From: Schizochytrium sp. TIO01
Taxonomy: Eukaryota > Protista > Bigyra: Labyrinthulomycetes
Reading direction: 5' to 3'
Length of the DNA stretch: 64,000 nucleotides
NCBI GenBank assembly: GCA_004764695.1
Contig: SMSO01000031.1
Span: forward strand, 3,696,436-3,760,435
The translations under genes and the position numbers were made by a program. Positions 29,375-42,600 of this stretch are shown piece after piece (the first letter of the stretch is position 1; every line of letters starts with the position of its first letter). The notes under the pieces were generated by a model. It was not told where the DNA came from. It made no database searches and saw only the letters and a program-made list of their open reading frames with translations.

Positions 29375-29408
29375 ATGATGATGATGATGATGATGATGAA
29401 GAAGAAGA
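29375..29408. repeat. (ATG)8(AAG)3 trinucleotide repeat
   Basis: Directly visible. Confidence 0.9.
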
Positions 29409-32400
29409 TAAAAGGCTTCCGACAGGTGACAGAAAAGAAAAGCGAGTCAGGAATGAGCTGTTTCGTAGAAGAATGTGAGCGCTTCGCGTTAGTGGCGCAC
29501 GACGATCGCTGGGTGAACGACTTAAGTGACGCTGAGGCATTGCCCAACTGCTCAGTTCCCCGAAACTTTCGGCTTTAACCTTTCGGCCAGGGTCGCGGCA
29601 AATAGATTTTCTTCATTTCTTCAAAGTTCTTGCGTTATCAGAAATCTATGGCTTTTGTTTTAAGAATAATTTTTAGTTTAAAGCTTGTTTTGTTCATATT
29701 ATATTATATATAAGAAGAACAGCAAAATACGAAAATAAATCAACATAATGCGACCTTCGGTCTGTCACGGATATGCGTTGTCCAATTCTTCAAGATCTTC
29801 TTAGATTCCACCTGTGCGTATCTATCTAAGTCTGATGATGGAGAAGCGATAGAATGCCTTTTTCCTCGAGTTTTTAAAGACGTTGAGCTGGCGACTCTGC
29901 TGTTACTCTGTGCCATGTTTGCCGTCTTTAGCGCATGATGACAATCGACTGTTTCGTTAACTTCCAATGTCTTGAGCGCCTCACTTGCTTAGTAGAGAGT
30001 GCAGTCCTAGTAGGTAATTAAGCTGGTCGGTAGGCACTCGTTGACGCACTCAAAGTCCTGTTTCCCTCACTCCTTCTTCTTTCTCTTCTTCATCTTGTTT
30101 TCTTTCAGCCGAAGTTTACTTTCAGCTAAAATTGGAACGATTCTAATTTACGGAGTCAGATTGTAATACCTCTTAGGTAACCTTTTGACATATCTCGTGA
30201 TTCCTCTAGAGTCGGATTGTGCAGATTTGAACCAATTTGTGCCCTGTGTCAGCAGAAAAGCTCCAGCTCAGTTGGATATTTGCAACCACCGTGGTTCTTC
30301 CTGCCTCGAGAGGAACCGAAGACCTAAAATAAGGTCTGATCGTCTGCTCCTCAGTTCAGGCTCTTCTCGTTTAGCTTCAGCAGCGTTTATTTATTTTACT
30401 TACCCCCGCCTTGCTAAAATGTTTTAACTTAATACCTTTGACGCACGGGCAAGTTCTGATCCTCTCGCTACTGGTTGGTAGCTAGGTACTACTCCATTCT
30501 CCCTCTCTATCCTCGATCTGTTCATCTCTGTTTTATTTTTACGACCAGGCGATGCCCCAATTGAGATTCTTCAATTAATAAATAATTAAATTGGGTCTTC
30601 CGTCACTCAATTACTCCTAGACCCAAGTCCATGTATTACAGTACTGTTGAGCTGGGTTTAGTTTACAAGTACGCTGAGATCTATAAAAAAAAATATGCAA
30701 TTACGAGGCTTGAAGCCGAGGTTGGCAAATATCTTGATTTCGCGCGAATCCCCGTTTGCTCTACTTTCTGCCTCATAACATGACATTGGAAGGTGGAACG
30801 CAGAGGCAGTCAAGGGCCTTTCGCACGCAAACGAATGAATGCGCATTGGTCCGGAAAACTCTGTAAGTGCAACGCTTCAACGAATAGAATTGCTCGCTCT
30901 GTCTTCAGGAGTGTTCATCTTACTGGTCTTTTAATATTTATGGAAAGGCTAAAAGCGACAGACAGACAGACAGACAGACAGACGAGATAGATACTTCGAA
31001 GAAGGTAAACGAAATTGTAAAACTAAACGCTGTCTCCTATAGTTGCCATAGACAGAACGGTAAGGATCTACGCAGAAGCAGAAGGTAACGCGTGCAGAGA
31101 GAGGTAGCGCCACGCTCCTTCGAAACTGGCCGAAGAGTAGCTCCTCAAAGAGAGCAATTACCCATGGAGTATTCAAATCTACTCAAATACAAATACACCA
31201 GTTTGCCGCAGATGGTGCCAAAGAACAGGAGCATGAATATACAATTTGGCCTTTGCCGAACAGATCTTTCTTTCGGTTGATTTGATTTGATAACGGCGCA
31301 TATTGGTTGGTTGCACGCGAGTATTGAAAGCCGGCGGCTCAAGAACAGACGCAGCTCGGCTTTCAGACGGGAAGGCACGCGCCTTTCGCTCCGCCGACCA
31401 AAGTATCGAACACGTTGTATTAATCTCAGCAGCGATAGCCAGCATAACAGAAGAAGCTTTCATGTTCGACGAAGGGTGGAATCAAACGATCAGTGAAGGC
31501 GCAATTGCACCGAAGAATAGCAACCAACGTGCGCTCGTCATTTGATAAGAACCAGTACGACGACAATGAGCAGTGGAAGGAGCGAGCGTGTGGACCTGCA
31601 GAAGAATGCCATGCAAGACAACTTCGAAAGCGAGATGTCCTAGGACCGACTTAGTGGATTGCAAATGACGACGTCGCCGACAGAAATTGAACCTCGAGAA
31701 TTGGAGGCGCCAATTTGAAAGCGCAACGCCCACGCTCCGTCGATCGTTGATACGGTATCGCGCGCCAAGCGACGGCGTCCGGGTCTTTCAACATCGAGCC
31801 ACTGGTTGGTGACATGAACATATATATGTGATTAATGTGCCTGACGGTGTCTTTCCTGCAGTTATGTCCTGCAGTTATGAAAATGACGGGCTCAACAAGT
31901 TTAACTTCGAAGGAGAAAACAAGTGCAGCGAAGACTTGGTCAGAGGCGGGTGCCAATGGAAGGCATTCAACAGTCAGCGGACCCTGCCTGCGCAAGCGAC
32001 GAAGCCACCTCCGTGAAATTGCAAATAGCTCTGAAGCGATTTCTTTGCAAAAATCGCCTTTTATGAGGGACAAGAGGGCCAGCCGCTGATAAACAAACCA
32101 CCTTTGCCATCTAAGACGGCGACAGTGACGGCAACATCATGATCTGAGATTCGTTTAGCTTTGCAACTATTAACAAACATGACTTCACTCACAGTTTACA
32201 TATATATATATTTAATTATTTATTTATTGGATAAAAATTAGTTTAATCTTCTGAGGGCCGTGCAAACTCTTTGTCCCTTCGACCGTGGATTCTTCGCAAG
32301 GTCGCACAGACTGCGTCGATTGAGCGAGGGTATTGGAACGTGAAGATCAACGCATACAGCAACAGAGAGCGAGCGTGTCCCATGACAGGACCTGTGCGTC

Positions 32401-35400
32401 CTTCGAGCGAGGAAGCCGGCTAAGCATGCACGCTGTCAGTTCCTAGCCTTCGTCCGTCTGTTCCCTAAAGCAGGTCACAGATTTGTTGCTTTTCCCCCTT
32501 CTCATGAACTGTTGTCCACTCCAGCCTCCTTTTAAGACCGGGGCAGAAGTTGCTCATTTTAGCTCCCCCCGGTTCTTTTCAAGACGTCCCGCTGCACTTT
32601 CTATGTCTTTCGTGTCGCTTCCTTTGGTCTTGCCGTGCCTGATCTCCCCACAACAGTTGCCCCACAGTGCACCAAAGGTTATCGTATTTTAATGTTTGAT
32701 ATGCAGTTACTTTGTGGTCGTTATTTAACATGATTCATTTCTTTTTAAACCTAGGCAAGCTCTTCTCTTTAAAAAAGTATTGAGTTAAAAAAAAGTAAAA
32801 AGTAAAAATTAAAACATTGAAAGTATTGGTAGAAAGTTCTTTTTACAGACAGCACCCGATTCTAAACATTGTTTTCAAAGTTAGAAAATCATAGAAACTA
32901 AAAATGGGTATTATTGCGAATATTATTGCGAAATCTTGAATGGAGTAGTACATAAAACTGAGTGACGATCCATGGAAAAATGCGGGATTGCTTTCTGGAA
33001 GCAACAATGCCTGCACCTTTGAAAACTCTCAGATGCCCTCTAGCTACCTAATTAAAAGTTAAATTTTGAAAGAAGTATATATATATATTCTCTGATAACC
33101 AAGTCACCATTCTAATATACTTTGAAGCAACTTCGCTTTCAGTCTTTTGTTCGCTGAGTCCTCATCACCTTTCCCAAATGTAGCAACATGTAGCAACAAA
33201 CTCTTTAAACCGTAAGGAAATTAGAGCTTCTTTGAAAAGAAAGAATTTATCAATTGCTCTGTTAGTGAGAACTTAGAATTTTTGGGGGAGGATTCAGGTA
33301 CCCCGTAGGTTACAACTGCAAGTCCTGATTACCTTATTTTGAGTGTTTGGGTGTCTGAATAACCATTTCCCTGAATCTAGCTAGGCAATTAAACAAAACA
33401 GTAATTCATTTCATAGCAGAGCATTCTTTTCAGAGCGAAAGGTTCAAGGAGGACCTGAGCGAGGGTCTTTGACAGCACATCCCATCCGTCTTTCTCTCTC
33501 TCTCTCTCTCTTTCTCCCTACGGCCAATATGCGCATTTATCTTTTTACTGCATGGATGCCAGCTTTTTAGAGCGTATAGTCAGTTACTGCAGAAGAATAC
33601 TGTGTCTCATAAAAAGCAAAAAAAAAAAAAAAAAAAAAAAGAGAGAGAGAGCAAATCTCTGCTTTCTTATCTTAGTCTCTCAACTAGGCACAGTTTCAAT
33701 GAGAACGAGGCTTCAGACTGTTATGAGCTTCTCCTGCTCGATCCCTCCCCGGTGGGTCTTTCGATTTCTTGGCAATGTATAAAATCACGACACAGCAGCA
33801 GTTTAACTTTTGCGATCACGGGTGCGTCAAAGAAAGCACAGAAAGAGAAGAGGCGGACGCCTATGCGCTTGTCAATATCCCATTTCATTCACGAAAGAAA
33901 ATGTTTTTCTGTTCGTTTCTAGTCTTTTTACTTTTTTCTTCTTCTTCTTCTTCTTCTTCTTCTTTTCCTCTTTTCTTTCTCTTTCATTTTTTTTTTCTGT
34001 TTCCAAATTAAACAGTGGTTGAAAGGTGTGATATTATTTCAGTTGGTTCATTCATTTGTCCGTCAGTCAGTCACTTGGCCGCCCACTGCTCCAGTCTTTC
34101 CGGTGTACAGTTTGGAAACCTGAAAATGTGTATCCCTGGTTTCATCGTGTGCATACTATACATTCCTTTCTTTCCGCCTCCCCTTTCGATTATGTGAGTT
34201 ATAAGCTGCTTAATGCACTAAACATTTCGAAACAAACTAAAAATAGTTCTGCTACCTACGTAAATTTGCGCCAGCTTTCGGAACGTCAGGCGGGGCAGCT
34301 TTTTCATTAAAGAACTAGCTGCTTTGAATTTGGAACCAGCATTCTTTTATTCTTGTCTAATACTTTTCATTGTTAACAACATACTTTATATTTAATATTT
34401 AATATTTAATAATTGTTTCATCAAGTGTTCTTATTCCTGTTCTTTTGGATCTGCGGCCTCCGTACTTAGGTTGGCAGCCCCTCAGTAAATTGCTTCCTTT
34501 TTTTAAATATCTCGGCTCATTTTCCCAGCAATCTTAGTAAATTATTGATTACTTAATTTTCGAGTCTTTCCACAGTCCATAAGTTTTGTTTTAGGTTTAA
34601 ACGAGGTACATGGAAATACTTAAAGCAAGAAGTCTTTCATTTTCATTTTAAGTTTTGTCTGTGCCACCTTGTGTGTTGAAAGACGTAGTTTCCATTTTCG
34701 TTTGCTTTTGTTTTGCTCTGCTTGTCGCTTAGCTAAACGACTACTGTAAATCACTTGAGATGACAGGTGAGTAAACTCTCGATTCACCTATTTTGTTGTT
34801 TTTGAAATCATCCAGTTTCGTCTTCTCCTCTTTAGAGAACGTCATTATTCGGTACCATAGTATTTGCGCGTAGTGCAAAACCAACTGAAGTATGAGAAAA
34901 GTAAATCTGGAACAAGTGTGAACTAGGCACACTCTTTCATACCGTTCATGCAGTTTTTTCAATTTGCTTCTCTCTTGCTATGTATAGTCATTCTATTTTC
35001 TTTTAGTTTGCTGTTGTGCTTTAAGGCATCAATGATTATGTCACAGAACAGTCACTTAGGAGCGAGAAGAAGATGAAAAAAAAAAAAAAACTGGCTGTAA
35101 AGAGAGCTATCTAGGACTAGCTGAGTGCCCTTTCGTCCTTGACTCCACCTTTTGGCTCACCTTTGCTAGCCATCAACCAAGGCAAACAACCAATACAGGT
35201 TCAACCTAACTGCCTTTCAAAAATGAGCCGTCTCTTTGCCTCCTGTGGAGAGAGGAGGAAAAATGATCAACTAGAAAAAGAAGAGGACAAGGGAGTGAGG
35301 CAACGCCATTGGAAAGGAGGAAGTCGCCTTGCTCTCTCCAAGGTATCCCTCGCAGCATTCAATCTCAATGAGTGTTTCTGATCAGCTCTGATGAAAAAGA

Positions 35401-36029
35401 ATATGTAAAATTAGAAAGTAATTAATTAATAAATGTATTAAAAATATTTTCTTAATTAACTCAGCTCAGTTGGCTTTCTTTCTTCCTTTCTTTCTTTATT
35501 TCTCGGCGCTTCTCCTCTCGGTCTGTTCCCTCCGCGTTCTATTTGTTCTACCTCCAGGACTCCCAAACACAGAAACGCGTCCGAGCCAGCACACTGGAAC
35601 CATGCGTACTAATAATTAATGTTTGAATGAATGAATGAACGAGCGAGCGAACTAACGAATGAATGGGGGTTATATTAAGATCTGCATTCCAAAAAACTAA
35701 GACGAAGAAAAAGCTTTTCTGGTCCCTTTCTCTCTTTCTCGCCTTTCGTCGAGCGTGTCTGAAATACTACTTTCCTTTCAAACTCCTTATCAATAGTCAT
35801 CTTAAAATAAAATTATTAGAATTACTAAAAACTGATTGCACGTACCTACTTCGTTCGCCACTCCAGTAAATTCTCTCTGCAGGAATTCTTTTTCTTTTCT
35901 TATATATATATTATTTTATTTTCTATCACAAACGAGCAGAGTAGAAAGAAAGAAGAAAAATAATATCAAATAAAGAAAGAAAGGAAACAATAAAGAAGAA
36001 AAAGAAAAAAGGAAATAGAGAAACGAGCT

Positions 36030-36205
36030 TCTTCGAACCAGCCGCCCTTCGAGCCAGGCGGCCAGCCAGACAAAGGCCACTTAGGCACAGAGAATGAGTG
36101 AGCAGAAGCAGTCCGGCCGCCTCAGGGGCGTGGCGCGGGCGCTGAGGGCGCATTGGGCAGGGAAGGGAGGAGCAAAGTCCCTGAGCGGAGGAGAAGAAGA
36201 AGCAG
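36030..36205 (+). promoter_or_regulatory. GC-rich island, candidate promoter or first non-coding exon of the AP2 gene
   Basis: Sharp GC-rich block between A-rich and T-rich flanks, ending in CAG|GTATTT (possible donor at 36206). A possible acceptor TTCATTTAG| lies at 37362. Inference only. Confidence 0.3.
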
Positions 36206-37879
36206 GTATTTCAATTTATCTTGTTCTATTTGTTTGTTTGTTTGTTTATTTGTTTGTTTGTTTGCTAGGTTTTTCTCGAAATCAATTAAACTTTTGGAAA
36301 CGGAGGGAGACCCTCGTCCTGCCAGCGCCCAAATATTTGTTTTGCTTCATCATTTGCCATTTTGTCTGTTTAATTGCGCCTGATTACATTCAATGATGTT
36401 TCTCTTTGGTGGTGCTCAATAATTAGACTGTCTAGTTCGTGAGTACGTACACCAGTGCGTTGTTCTGAAATCTGTGGAGGTGTCTAAGGCTAGGAAGGCT
36501 GATCATTTCTTAGTCCTGCTATGCTGCTATTTTACTTCTTCTCTAATTTTAATCTTGTCTAAACATATGTTGTGCGCACGTCCTCGGTAATTTGATCATC
36601 GTCTCTTCGTGACGAAGAAGAAGAAGAAGAAGAAGAGAGGTAGTTCTTTCTTTACTCTCTTCTTTCAAGTTTAAAAAGAAGACCCTTTTATGTATCAAAA
36701 GAAGAAGAAAAAGAAGGAAGAAAAAGTTTTCAAGCGGAATCTGCTCCTCTCGATCGTTCAGTGAAAGCAGACACGAACTGTCGTAGGTAGTACGTGAAAG
36801 GGCATTGGGAAAACGGGAGCAAAAAATTGGGTTGACGATGAACGAAAAGAACAACAGACTCGAAGGACGGAGAAAGATTGTTTTTTATTGTTTATTTTAA
36901 AGAAAGCTACCTCTTCTGAGAGGGGCAAATTGCGTCCGTCTCCGCCCCGCTGCGCACCACTGCATACCACTGCGTTTTTGCTGCCTTCATTGGATGTCCT
37001 TTCGTCCTTTCGTATTTTAATCCCTTCTCTTCTGTCTGAATACTCGAGTAAAGCTTTCAAAGTACCACTCTATTTAGCTAGCTAGCTAAGCTTTTGGTTT
37101 TAGTTTTGTTGCTGTGCTGCGCTGAGCCTTCACATTCATTTTGTCTGTTTATCGATATAGTTTTGTACTCTAAGTTAGTTTTTTAAAGCAGGAAGCTATA
37201 AGATGGGCAGACCTTTACGAGTCTTTCCCCCCTAGCTTTACACAATTATTTATTCATTCATTTCAGAATTTTCTACTATTGTAGAAGATTTAATTTTTTT
37301 TTAATGTTTTGTTTCTTTCTTCCTTCTTCCTTTGATCTAAACAAAAATGCTTCTTCATTTAGGTAGTCGAGCGGAAGCAGAAACAAAGCAACTAACTGAC
37401 TAGAAAGAAAGGAATACTTCTATGAAAAGAAGGAAGGACGAAGGAAACTCGAGCGAGAGCAAGCAAACCCCAAACTCAGCGATCCAGCGAGCGAGCACGA
37501 CGGAGTGTTCGAGATAGATAGATTGAGCGTGGATTGGCAGGCTGGTATACAGTAACTTGTCCCTTTGGCATATACTGGATCATACGCGTAGCTAGCTTCG
37601 CAGATTAGAGTTCGTCGCCTGGGCGGGCGCTTCGTAGTCCTGTGAATTGGTTTTCTTGTTTGATTTTTCTTTATACATTTGTTTCTTTCTTTTATAAGTG
37701 CTCCTATCCCCTGAGGGTGTTGCCTAGGCAACTCATAGAGTAGTTGTACCGTTTAAATAAAACGGGGTGGGGTGTTCATTGAAGAAGAAAAAGAAAGAGA
37801 AAACAGGGAGGCAGGACAGCAGCAAACCCCTAATCAGAAAACACATCTAGTCGGGACATCCATCACAAACCGTCCAAGC

Positions 37880-39619
37880 ATGACTGGAATACAGCAGATG
37901 CAACAGCAAAAGCAAACGCAGCGGCCTGGCAGTGCTATGAAGAGCACCCAAGCATCCATGGGAACTCAAGTAGCACCTGGATATCAAGGTCAGAATAATA
38001 TGATGCAGGAGCAACAGTACTGCAAAATTTGGCCTGCACAGATGTCGACGTCTTCCTCTGAGATCGAAAGGCAAAACTTGTTGAGAGAGATTTTCAGACG
38101 TCAAGTTATGGCTCAGCAAGAGTCAATACAATCATCGACGTTCTCTACGGGCGAGTCCTGGCAACATGAAAAGAGCATTAACTTTTCCAACATGATGAAT
38201 ATGGACCAGCAACAGCAAAAGGTTCTTCAACAACAGCTTCAACAGCAGCTCCAGCACATTGCCAGGCTCAGCAACAGAACAAGCGATCTTGAAAACATGA
38301 GCACAACCTCACTTAACACGCATGAGACCAGGAACAATGGCTTGCAACAGCAGCAGCAACAACAAGCTATCCAAAGTGGTACAGCAGAGCGAGTTAAGAT
38401 CTCTGAAAATCTTCTGCACCTGCTCCGGAACCAACAGCACCAAATTAACTATATGCAGCAGAGACAGCACCAACAACAACAGCGACAAGTAATGCTCAAA
38501 TTCGAGGGAAGCTTGGCTTCGTCAGAGGCAAACCTTCATCGCCTTGCTGACCTTGCAAAGTCAACCGGCGTCGCTCCCCAACAATTCGATGATCGACAGA
38601 GCCAAGCTTCTGTTAGCTCTGCAGCATCTACAACTACATGTTTCTCTACCGCAAATGTCTCCTCAGACGACCATGCCGACGGTTTCCGTCCCAATATGAG
38701 AAGGACCACCTCTTCATCGTCAGGAGGCTCAAGCCATTTCAACGATGTAGAGATGAACAATATGCGCGGCTTCTACATCAGTCCCGCAGCTGTAGCTGCA
38801 GCTGCCGCCGCATCCATCAACTCTGCATGCCCAGGTACCCAGGACGAGCAACAACAACAACACCCGCAGACATTTCCTATGCGGGACATTATGTCCGGTG
38901 AGGCCGACTTTTTACAGCTCCACCGCCAGTTGAACTTGACCCAGGGTGCCACGAACTATTCCGGCCAAGACCCGCGCTCTTTGAACAGCATGATGGCTAG
39001 TTTCATTGCACTTTCCAAGTCGGGAGCTTACTCAAACTCACTTACCGCATTGCCAAACAGCATGATGCCATCTTATGGCGCTTTTGATTTGTCAAACTCC
39101 CTTAATTCGACACGCGGAAGCAAACGGAGTCTTAGCTTTGATCAGTTGCCATTGCCTCAGCAACAACAGCTTGGCAACTCCTTCCACAAAGACAAGGTTC
39201 TTAAAGCTTCAACAAACGATATGACGGCTCCTAGCTCCATGCCAGCGGTAGGCACGCAGGGAAACAAGCATAGAGGCCTTGGTATAGCAAACAAGAGCTC
39301 TGTTGCCGATGATGCGGAGTCCTCAGATGGCCAATTTAAAAAGCGCCGGAAGCGTCGTCGGATCAAACCTTGGAGCTCCAGTTATCAAGGTGTCTCGTGG
39401 CATAAACGAGACAAGCGTTGGGTCGCGCGAATTTGGGTCGAAGGTAAGACCCAAAACCTCGGCACTTTTGTACACGAAGAGCATGCAGCTCTTGTGGTAG
39501 ATCGAAGAGTGATTCGAGTATTTGGTGGAGATGGTGGTGGCATGCCTCTTAACATTCCTGACAAGGAGGAACGCCGCCGTCTTGCGGTTCAATATGGCTT
39601 ACCAAATCCAGACATGTAA
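37880..39619 (+). CDS. AP2/ERF-domain transcription factor with long Q/S/N-rich N-terminal region (579 aa from first ATG)
   Basis: Uninterrupted ORF. The track starts at GTG 37772; the first in-frame ATG is at 37880 (MTGIQQMQ). C-terminal SSYQGVSWHKRDKRWVARIWVEGKTQNLGTFVHEEHAALVVD...PLN (~39380-39553) fits the AP2 pattern (YxGV...W.A.I......LGTF....AA..D...LN). It is preceded by a basic NLS-like KKRRKRRR and poly-Q tracts. Confidence 0.9.
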   Translation: MTGIQQMQQQKQTQRPGSAMKSTQASMGTQVAPGYQGQNNMMQEQQYCKIWPAQMSTSSSEIERQNLLREIFRRQVMAQQESIQSSTFSTGESWQHEKSINFSNMMNMDQQQQKVLQQQLQQQLQHIARLSNRTSDLENMSTTSLNTHETRNNGLQQQQQQQAIQSGTAERVKISENLLHLLRNQQHQINYMQQRQHQQQQRQVMLKFEGSLASSEANLHRLADLAKSTGVAPQQFDDRQSQASVSSAASTTTCFSTANVSSDDHADGFRPNMRRTTSSSSGGSSHFNDVEMNNMRGFYISPAAVAAAAAASINSACPGTQDEQQQQHPQTFPMRDIMSGEADFLQLHRQLNLTQGATNYSGQDPRSLNSMMASFIALSKSGAYSNSLTALPNSMMPSYGAFDLSNSLNSTRGSKRSLSFDQLPLPQQQQLGNSFHKDKVLKASTNDMTAPSSMPAVGTQGNKHRGLGIANKSSVADDAESSDGQFKKRRKRRRIKPWSSSYQGVSWHKRDKRWVARIWVEGKTQNLGTFVHEEHAALVVDRRVIRVFGGDGGGMPLNIPDKEERRRLAVQYGLPNPDM

Positions 39620-42600
39620 AAAAGCATCTGCATTATATCAATGCACCGCCTGAAACGAAGAAAAGAGTGGAAAACCAGGAAGAAAAAGGTAAAAAAGGTA
39701 AAAGGAGCTTCGACACTTCAGTCATCAAGCCACATACTTTGTCACTTTATTTTCTTCGCATCTGCCTTCTACTTGACCACCAACGGTTCTGTGAAGCGAC
39801 CCAGCAACCGTCTCTAAATACCCACTACTACATATTGTGTTTGGCTGTACCTTTTTGTTTGTTTTAATAGCTTTTCAACTGGCCCGCTTAAATTTTCACT
39901 TCTGCAACTTTCTCTCGCAACTCATGTTGTTTACAAACTTACACCGTGCTGATGCTCTCTATCAGTGGTTGTCACCCTGTTGCGATGTAGGAAACTAATT
40001 TGTTGCCCAGCCAGCCAAGTGCCCTGCCACTGACCTTAGCAATGTCAAATATATATCCTATCAACAAATTTCTTTATTTCTACAATTTCAATATCATAAA
40101 CTTCATGCCGGTGGCACGATACTACTTTTAGCATTTTATCACCTTCTATTAAATTTTTGTAATTTGGGTTCCTGGTAATTTGATGTCGGTAGACTATTTT
40201 GCGAATGGGATGTCGAACGAAAACGGGCTTCACTCCCTCTCCCCCCCCGTTCACCAATTCACCAATTAAGTTCCCTTTTTTGCTCCACGTACCTGTACCT
40301 GGCGAACTAACTTGCTTGCATCCATGCAATGAGAGATTGTCTCGGCTTGATTTTTTATCCAAGCTAGAGAATTTAAAATTATCACCTCCAGACTAATAAG
40401 AAAGTGTTTGCATCTGCAATCGATCATCGAATCATTCATTTCTTTAAAACGCTTAAGCATCCATCCACCCATCCTTCAATTAACGAACCAGTTGTCCAAC
40501 AGATCGAGCACAGGATTAAGCATTTTTTTCAAGAGTGACGCGGTGATAACTTCTGCACGACGCAGCGGCAACAGAGCAACACCATAAGTGCCCAACCAAT
40601 CTTTGCAGCCACGTTATCCTGAATCGTAAAATTGTAAAAAGAATTATACATGAAACAGAAGATAAACTATTAATCAGTAATGCCACTTGCTCTCGACTTC
40701 CTCCGTGTCCCTGGCTCCGTCTCCTTGAGTGTGAATCGCCCACCCATTTCTGCATGTGCCAGCTTCTGCTGGTGCCAGGCAGAGGGTGCCAGCCAGCATG
40801 CTAGCCAGCCGCGCCGACCCTGAAACGCCGAGCCAGACCGCCTTAATGAGCACCCAGTCTAACGGCTTCAGGAATGAAATATTCGTAAAGTACCGTGTGC
40901 TTTGTGGTTCTCCACTCTGATCTATGCCCTGTTCTGGTTACACACTTTTGATTAGCAATGTAAGTACTCAGCAGATGCCAATTTAGGAATGAATGAATCA
41001 ATGAATGAATGAATGAACTCAATTATGTTCAGTCTAGCAAAAGACATTAGCAAAGTCACTGCACACAAGAGGTGCCCTGCAAGCGAGCTCAAGCACCGAG
41101 CACAAAGTAAAGCTGATTGAGCCGCTTGTGTCTATCTTCCTCGTTGCGGTCACATCCTATGTCGCGCCACCTCCTTTAGAAGCCAGCTTTTGGAAACTCC
41201 AGCTGCTCTGACGACCTAGCTACAAAAGGCATTCAGAGCCCTAAGAATCGCGGAATGAGCGTCCTACAACAGAGACTTTCACTCCGCTTCATCAGCATCC
41301 TCCTCTTGCTCGAGCCTCAAGCTCGTCTGGCTCCACGCCATTAAATGAAAGACCCGCAATATCGCCAACAAAGAGCCCTTTTCGCCAGCTGGCATTCTGA
41401 GATATTGAGAGTACTTGGACACTTCGGTGCTCCAGATGCCCTTGTTTTCGCCTCGTCGGGAATAATTTGCGCACCATGCATCGCACGGCTCCGCAACGTT
41501 TTACTGGAGGATGAAACGATCTTACAACTCGTGGAGTAAACCAGGTCTATAAGTTCCCCGACGGGATCGAAGAATTGAGGAAAAGGCAGCGACAAACAAC
41601 AGGCATGACTAGCAGTCATAAGGGTCGCCTCAAGCAGATCGCTCGGGCCTCAACGCCGATCCAAACCTGGGAACTTTATGCTCCGGCCGAGACAAGAAAC
41701 ATTCGAACGCCGATCCGGGCAGTGTCCTGCAAGCGTACCGGTGCTGGAACCGCGCAGAGGCAAGCCTGCCCAAACAGCGGAGCAGTTTGCTCTCCGATCG
41801 AAGCACCCTTTTCGGGCTGCTTTCCCCTCGCTTTTGGTCACTTCATTACCTCCGCCACTTCCTTCCCTTCTGCGTAAACTAAAAAAGTCTTATCAGGTGC
41901 TCCTCTGGAACACGGTGGTTTCCATCTTTTCGTAACAACTCGCGGTAACTGTTGTGCAGAACTAACTGAGCGCTGTGCTGGCTGGCCGCCAAGCAACGGG
42001 TAGCACCCTCCTAAGTCCGCTTGTTGGCATGCGATGTTTCATTCAACAAGCAAGCAATGCGGAGTATTCGACCACAGAAATAGCCTCGACTCATGAGAGT
42101 GCGCGAAGCTTTGTCTAGCTAGCAAGCACTATCGCCGCCCTATCAACATCACATCACGAAGAAGCACTCTGTGAACGTGACACCTGAAGTCACGACTGGC
42201 GCCGATGGTGAAGCAAAACAACGCTCAGGCGTGAAAGAGCTCTTCAGATGGCATTGACAATAATGGGTATCGTAAGGTATGATCTTCCCACATGATCTGA
42301 TGCTGACGGATATCCTATGCTTCCGCCTTTTTGCTGGATTATGAACAAAATGAATGCGGACGAAACACCCTGCAATTCTTCCATGGTCTTGACTCTTTTG
42401 CATCTCCTGATAAATAGATGGATAAATATTTAGATAGATGGCCTATCTTCGCAAGCTACTTCTGATGAGCTTCTGGCGCAGACCTTACTCTTAGCAGCAG
42501 CGCAGAGTACGCTCTTCGATATTACAGAAGACTTCAACTCCAGGGCCGCACGGAAGCAATCGGAGTTAAAAGTTCCATTGAGCAACTCCCATGTTCCTCT

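Noticed and set aside
40045-40362. 105 aa minus-strand ORF convergent on the AP2 gene
   Set aside because: Non-ATG start and no recognisable domain. Length is within chance range.
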